Shown: positions 61,253 through 64,000 of the stretch, piece after piece
Position numbering within the stretch: position 1 is the stretch's first letter
Layout: each line of letters begins with the position of its first letter
Origin: Nitrososphaeria archaeon
GTDB taxonomy: Archaea; Thermoproteota; Nitrososphaeria; JACIWG01
Assembly: GCA_963752255.1 (NCBI GenBank)
Contig: CAVVXT010000019.1
Location: 448,001 to 512,000, forward strand
DNA: 64,000 nt
Reading direction: 5' to 3'
Translations under genes and position numbers: made by a program
The notes under the pieces: model-generated
Told to the model about the DNA's origin: nothing
Seen by the model: the letters and a program-made list of their open reading frames with translations, nothing else
Database searches by the model: none

Positions 61253-62622
61253 TCTTTCCCCATCGTTTTTGATACAAGCTTTTGAATACCGGAGCTGTAT
61301 TGCATAGCTTTCTTAGGGTAGAGGTAGATTTCTTCGGACAGCCCCAGTTCCTTTGCTACAGATCTGAGAACCACTTTCCTTTCTTCACTTACCCTATTTA
61401 TCTTAAAATCCACTGGCAACGAAAACGCGGTTTCAGCTACCTTCTTGTTTATGAAAGGCATTATCGGTTCTGCGAACATCGAGACGGAAGCCTCGTCCCT
61501 AGATATTTTATGACAGTGTAGTTCTTCAAAATCGGTTTTTAAAGTGTCTTCCAGCGATGTTGCACCACAAGTTCTAAGTATGTTCAAGTACTTCTGATAT
61601 CCCCCAAGAAGTTCGTCTGCTCCCTGCCCGATTACAACGTGCTCTAATCCGACACGAGCTGCCTCCTCTGCAACAAGGTTCAAAACCAAGGATATAGAAA
61701 AATCCATTGCGCTCATCTTGCCGAATGTCCTAGAAATAGCCATTATTCTCTTTTCTACCGATTCACTATTTACATAAAGTATATTGTTATCTAAGGAAAG
61801 AAGATCGGCAACCTTCTTGGCACGAACTGAGTCATGAGAGTCTTTGGCACATACAGTAAACAGAATGGGTGTAACACCAAGTGATTCAATAAGTTTGGCT
61901 AGTACGGTGGAGTCAAGGCCTCCTGAAAAGGCGACTCCGACTCGTTTGATTCCCCTCAAATTTTCATGAACGGAGTACTCAAGCGATGATTTCAAGGTTC
62001 TTGCAGAATCTTCTAGCCCTTCATCCTTTTTGTCAGGTGTTTCCACATGATAGTATCTTATTGTGTGAATGTCAATTCCCTCGCCAAATCTTGCATGCAA
62101 TATCGAGCCTGAGGGAAGACAATCGCACTGTAACCCCAATAGGTGTAAAGGGTAGGGATCGCTTGTTAGTACAAAAAGTTCGTCCCCCTTAAAGAAGTAA
62201 AGGGGTTTGGAGGAAATTGGAGAACGTAAAGCAAGAAGCTGGCCTCCATCGACAATTGCGATTGAGAAATCTCCATCGATATCAAGAGAGAGACTTTGCT
62301 CGGCACAATTTTTAATGCCATTTTTTGTAATAAGGTGATGCATTTCTCTTATTCTTCTTTGGTTCCTCTCCTGATCAAATATTCTGCCATGAATCAAACC
62401 ACTTGATAAATTTGATTCGTTTAATGGAAAAAAACATGAGACAACTCCATTTGGTCTTACATCTTCCAGAGCTTCCTTGAAGCTCAAGCCATCGTAAAAG
62501 ACAATTTTTTCTTTTTTTCTATACTCCATCAGGTTTATTATTGGTCTAATAAAGCTGGCTAAAATTTTCCTTCCAAAGAATATGCAGTAGCCATTTGTTT
62601 TAGAGAAAACGTCACTTTCCAA
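61249..62622 (-). CDS. Asparagine synthase C-terminal domain protein (AsnB-like, degenerate glutaminase domain)
   Basis: AFSGGLDS, GQGADELLGGY, K.VLR, KKAMQYSSG; the true start may lie further downstream. Confidence 0.8.
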   Translation of the reverse strand: MESDVFSKTNGYCIFFGRKILASFIRPIINLMEYRKKEKIVFYDGLSFKEALEDVRPNGVVSCFFPLNESNLSSGLIHGRIFDQERNQRRIREMHHLITKNGIKNCAEQSLSLDIDGDFSIAIVDGGQLLALRSPISSKPLYFFKGDELFVLTSDPYPLHLLGLQCDCLPSGSILHARFGEGIDIHTIRYYHVETPDKKDEGLEDSARTLKSSLEYSVHENLRGIKRVGVAFSGGLDSTVLAKLIESLGVTPILFTVCAKDSHDSVRAKKVADLLSLDNNILYVNSESVEKRIMAISRTFGKMSAMDFSISLVLNLVAEEAARVGLEHVVIGQGADELLGGYQKYLNILRTCGATSLEDTLKTDFEELHCHKISRDEASVSMFAEPIMPFINKKVAETAFSLPVDFKINRVSEERKVVLRSVAKELGLSEEIYLYPKKAMQYSSGIQKLVSKTMGKD

Positions 62623-63977
62623 ATTTCTCCTTTATCCTTTTCAGGGTACCTTTAATTATCGCCTGAGAGCCTTCGATGTGGGCTTCCGGAATAAATATCC
62701 TATTAAGCTCGTCTTCACTTATTAGCCTGTTTATCTTTTCATCCTCCATAATCGCGTTTTTGAATTGTATCCCCTTAGATCTAGATTTGGATGAAACTTC
62801 TCTCAATATCTTGTGCGCTTCTGAACGTGATATTCCCTTTTTCAACAAGGCATCAAGGGCGAATTCGGAATAAACTTGGCCCATCGTAATCTCAATATTT
62901 GCTTTAACCATGTCTTCTCTTATAACCATCTTTGCAAGTACCTTAAGTAAGGTGTCTAAAACATCATCGAGCAAAATAGCTGACATGGGTATTATGAAAC
63001 GTTCGTTTGCAGAATTAGTCAAGTCCCGTTCATGCCATAGTGGGATGTTTTCTAGAGCAACAGTGGGTAGAGAGCGCAGAAGCCTAGCTCAGGCTAGAGA
63101 TTTTCTCACAGGAAATTGGGTTCCGCTTTGAAGGCACAGCAGAACTCCCTATCTGATCTTTGGAGAACTCTTCTTCAAATTCGCTAATTTCGGTTCTCGA
63201 AAGATTTCTGAATTCAGTGGCTATCTTGTCACATGTAGAAGCAACTAGAGCGCACCACCAGACGAATTCGGCATAGTTCTCCCTCGAAACGACCTGTGTT
63301 GCTGAGCTGACAGGGTACAGTCCAAGTTTAGATGCAGTAATCTCCATGACTTCTAATGCCTTAGAGCCGATAACTGAACCATTACCCACGACACCCAGGG
63401 TCTTGCACATCATTACTCTTGGTCTAATTTCAGAGAGCCTATTCATATGAAGCAAACAATCATCGGCCCAAACGGAAAATTTCTGACCGAAAGAGATTAT
63501 TGAAGCGTGTTGTCCATGCGTTCTTCCAACAGAGGGAAGCGACGAATACTTTTCAGCGTTTTTTCCAAGTAAAAGGATTAGATTCTTAAGTTTCCCTTCA
63601 ATTAGTTCGATATAATCCCTTAGTTGCAGAGAAAGAGAGGTGTCAAGAATATCTTGGCTCGTTAGACCATAATGAACCCAGGGTTTACTTTCGTCAGATA
63701 CAACGGAAACAAGTGCCTCCACTAGGGAAGCTGTCTCATGCTTTGTAGTCTTTTCAATCTCTTTCCATTTCTCATAGGAAACCAATTTTACATTAGATTT
63801 TAAAGCAATCTCTTTGGCTGCTTTCAATGGTATTAATCTCAAAGATGCCTCAGCGTTCGCGACAGCGGCTTCCACTTCGAGCATGTATTTGAGGCGAGAT
63901 TCTTCAGTGAAAATTGCTTTAGACTCAACTGAACCGTATCTTCCGGAGTCTATCGGCAGCACTGGAACGCTTGACAT
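62612..63977 (-). CDS. purB: Adenylosuccinate lyase (one apparent +1 frameshift near 63089)
   Basis: RYGS, HYGLTSQD, GRTHGQHA, GSSAVPSKRNP. Removing one base joins CEKISSL-ARLLR..WHERDLTNSANER with ORF 62612-63022. Confidence 0.92.
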
Positions 63978-64000
63978 ATATTACACGTTTGAGATTGAAA

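Noticed and set aside
63022-63100. Programmed frameshift or split purB
   Set aside because: No slippery sequence; a single extra base explains it, and similar indels occur across the window.

Overview
A 64-kb archaeal chromosomal window. PurP paralogues, TATA-type promoters, a tungsten-type AOR and grpE-dnaK-dnaJ suggest an anaerobic heterotroph of Bathyarchaeia-like type (inference). Most of it is housekeeping and metabolic genes: AOR with a Tat-exported Fe-S partner, chaperones, MgtA, purP/purB, acid-sugar kinase with PdxA2, kdpABC. Three things stand out. (1) An operon at 14.9-18.8 kb pairs an RRE/PqqD radical SAM/SPASM enzyme with a membrane protein ending in a 10-Cys (Cys-Ala)n-GGGGH tail, plus a Zn-ribbon membrane protein and a C_GCAxxG_C_C protein. 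(2) A 1.94-kb element at 40127-42064 has GGGG-terminated inverted repeats, an exact 14-bp target-site duplication at a tRNA 3' end and a probable PolB C-terminal remnant, which fits a non-autonomous mini-casposon; its cargo looks like a clan-CD cysteine peptidase. (3) Three co-oriented sites with an identical 11-bp arm lie in the 33-43.4 kb accessory region with an integrase-like remnant; two are 28-bp 11-6-11 sites fused to different tRNA 3' ends. Several single-base frameshifts, one in purB, point to indel errors in the assembly. No rRNA, complete tRNA or CRISPR array was seen. All family assignments are by eye from motifs; no searches were run.
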